55,252 nucleotides of DNA from a virus (Duplodnaviria; Caudoviricetes). Below, one piece after another: positions 54,540 through 55,252 of the stretch. The DNA is taken from positions 1-55,252 of the IMG/VR virus record IMGVR_UViG_3300037258_000366, one strand, 5' to 3'. Every line of letters starts with the position of its first letter. Position 1 is the first letter of the stretch. The notes under the pieces were generated by a model, which searched no databases, was not told the origin of the DNA, and worked only from the letters and a program-made list of their open reading frames with translations. The position numbers and the translations under genes are program-made.

Positions 54540-54580
54540 TTTTATTATCTCCTTTTTCTGTTTTATTTTTCCGGAAAATC

Positions 54581-54613
54581 AGTCAGGACTGGTCATCTGG
54601 ACCAGTCCTGACT
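54581..54613 (-). terminator. Hairpin terminator
   Basis: agtcaggactggtc-atctg-gaccagtcctgact. Confidence 0.7.
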
Positions 54614-54631
54614 CATACAGTAAAGCTTAGT

Positions 54632-55189
54632 TTAGCAACCATCATATGGTGCCCAGTTATTCTCACCTCCTGGAGCAGCCATAGCAGCGTCAAATACCTG
54701 ATTTTGCTCAGAAACAGAGGCATCCCCGAAATCTCCGGGATTTCCTCCGTATGCTGCCCAGGTAGACGCGCTGAACTGATAAAGACCATAGTGGCCGCTT
54801 GAATTCATTACCTGAGGATTTCCGCCCGATTCGCGTGAAATAACGCACTGCTGAAATCCGCTGCTTCCACTGTAAGTTGAATCCAGTGGAGTAGCATGCT
54901 CAACCGGCTCAGTCTCTTTGACTGATCTAGGTAACGGCTGAGATTTTACATAGGCAACCGGAGCCACATAGGGCTCTAAATTAGCCGGTTGCGCTGGGAT
55001 CTGACGCGGTAGTGGTGGTATACTGAGAGTTTCGCCTGTGCTGATCTCGTCAGCCCATTTGATATCGTTCGCGTAATAGATAACTGGCCAGTCAGCCGCG
55101 TTACCATATACATCCTCAGCAATCTGGGATAAATTCTGACCTCGCTGCACAATATACTGACCGGGTGACATCTTAGATGTCAGGCCCAT
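54632..55189 (-). CDS. LysM domain plus resuscitation-promoting-factor (Rpf)-type transglycosylase
   Basis: LysM YIVQRGQNLSQIA...IYYAN; Rpf CVISRESGGN...GHYGLYQFSASTWAAYGG...ASVSEQ...W; start may lie further upstream. Confidence 0.85.
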   Translation of the reverse strand: MGLTSKMSPGQYIVQRGQNLSQIAEDVYGNAADWPVIYYANDIKWADEISTGETLSIPPLPRQIPAQPANLEPYVAPVAYVKSQPLPRSVKETEPVEHATPLDSTYSGSSGFQQCVISRESGGNPQVMNSSGHYGLYQFSASTWAAYGGNPGDFGDASVSEQNQVFDAAMAAPGGENNWAPYDGC

Positions 55190-55252
55190 GAGATAATATC
55201 TCGGGTCATGCTGTGCGTGGTTAAAACTAACACTACTTACAGAAACAGTTGG

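Overview
Part of the genome of a large, fairly AT-rich tailed phage that infects an actinobacterium. The layout resembles the large tRNA-rich Streptomyces siphoviruses. The host is inferred from a DUF397 gene, an Rpf gene, and HrdB-type and SigR-type promoters. From left to right: beta-helix tailspike and other virion genes, terminase large subunit, holin-like membrane genes, KTSC, ParB-like and exonuclease genes. Next is an ~18 kb minus-strand region (16.8-34.5 kb) with 30 tRNA genes covering all 20 amino acids, two free-standing LAGLIDADG endonucleases, RNA-repair-type phosphatases and many structured intergenic RNAs. After a divergent promoter pair come small early-type genes, an SNF2-type helicase and a LysM-Rpf protein. 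The main finding is a Ro60/TROVE gene preceded by an array of six Y-RNA-like genes. They share a conserved terminal helix and a CRGWTACTTC motif but carry different payloads, including complete tRNA cloverleaves circularly permuted at different positions, one opened in the T-loop with its anticodon arm and internal ACCA kept. A separate ~200-nt spacer with several perfect kissing-loop pairings is a candidate novel ncRNA. All calls come from reading the sequence by eye; no database searches or folding programs were run.
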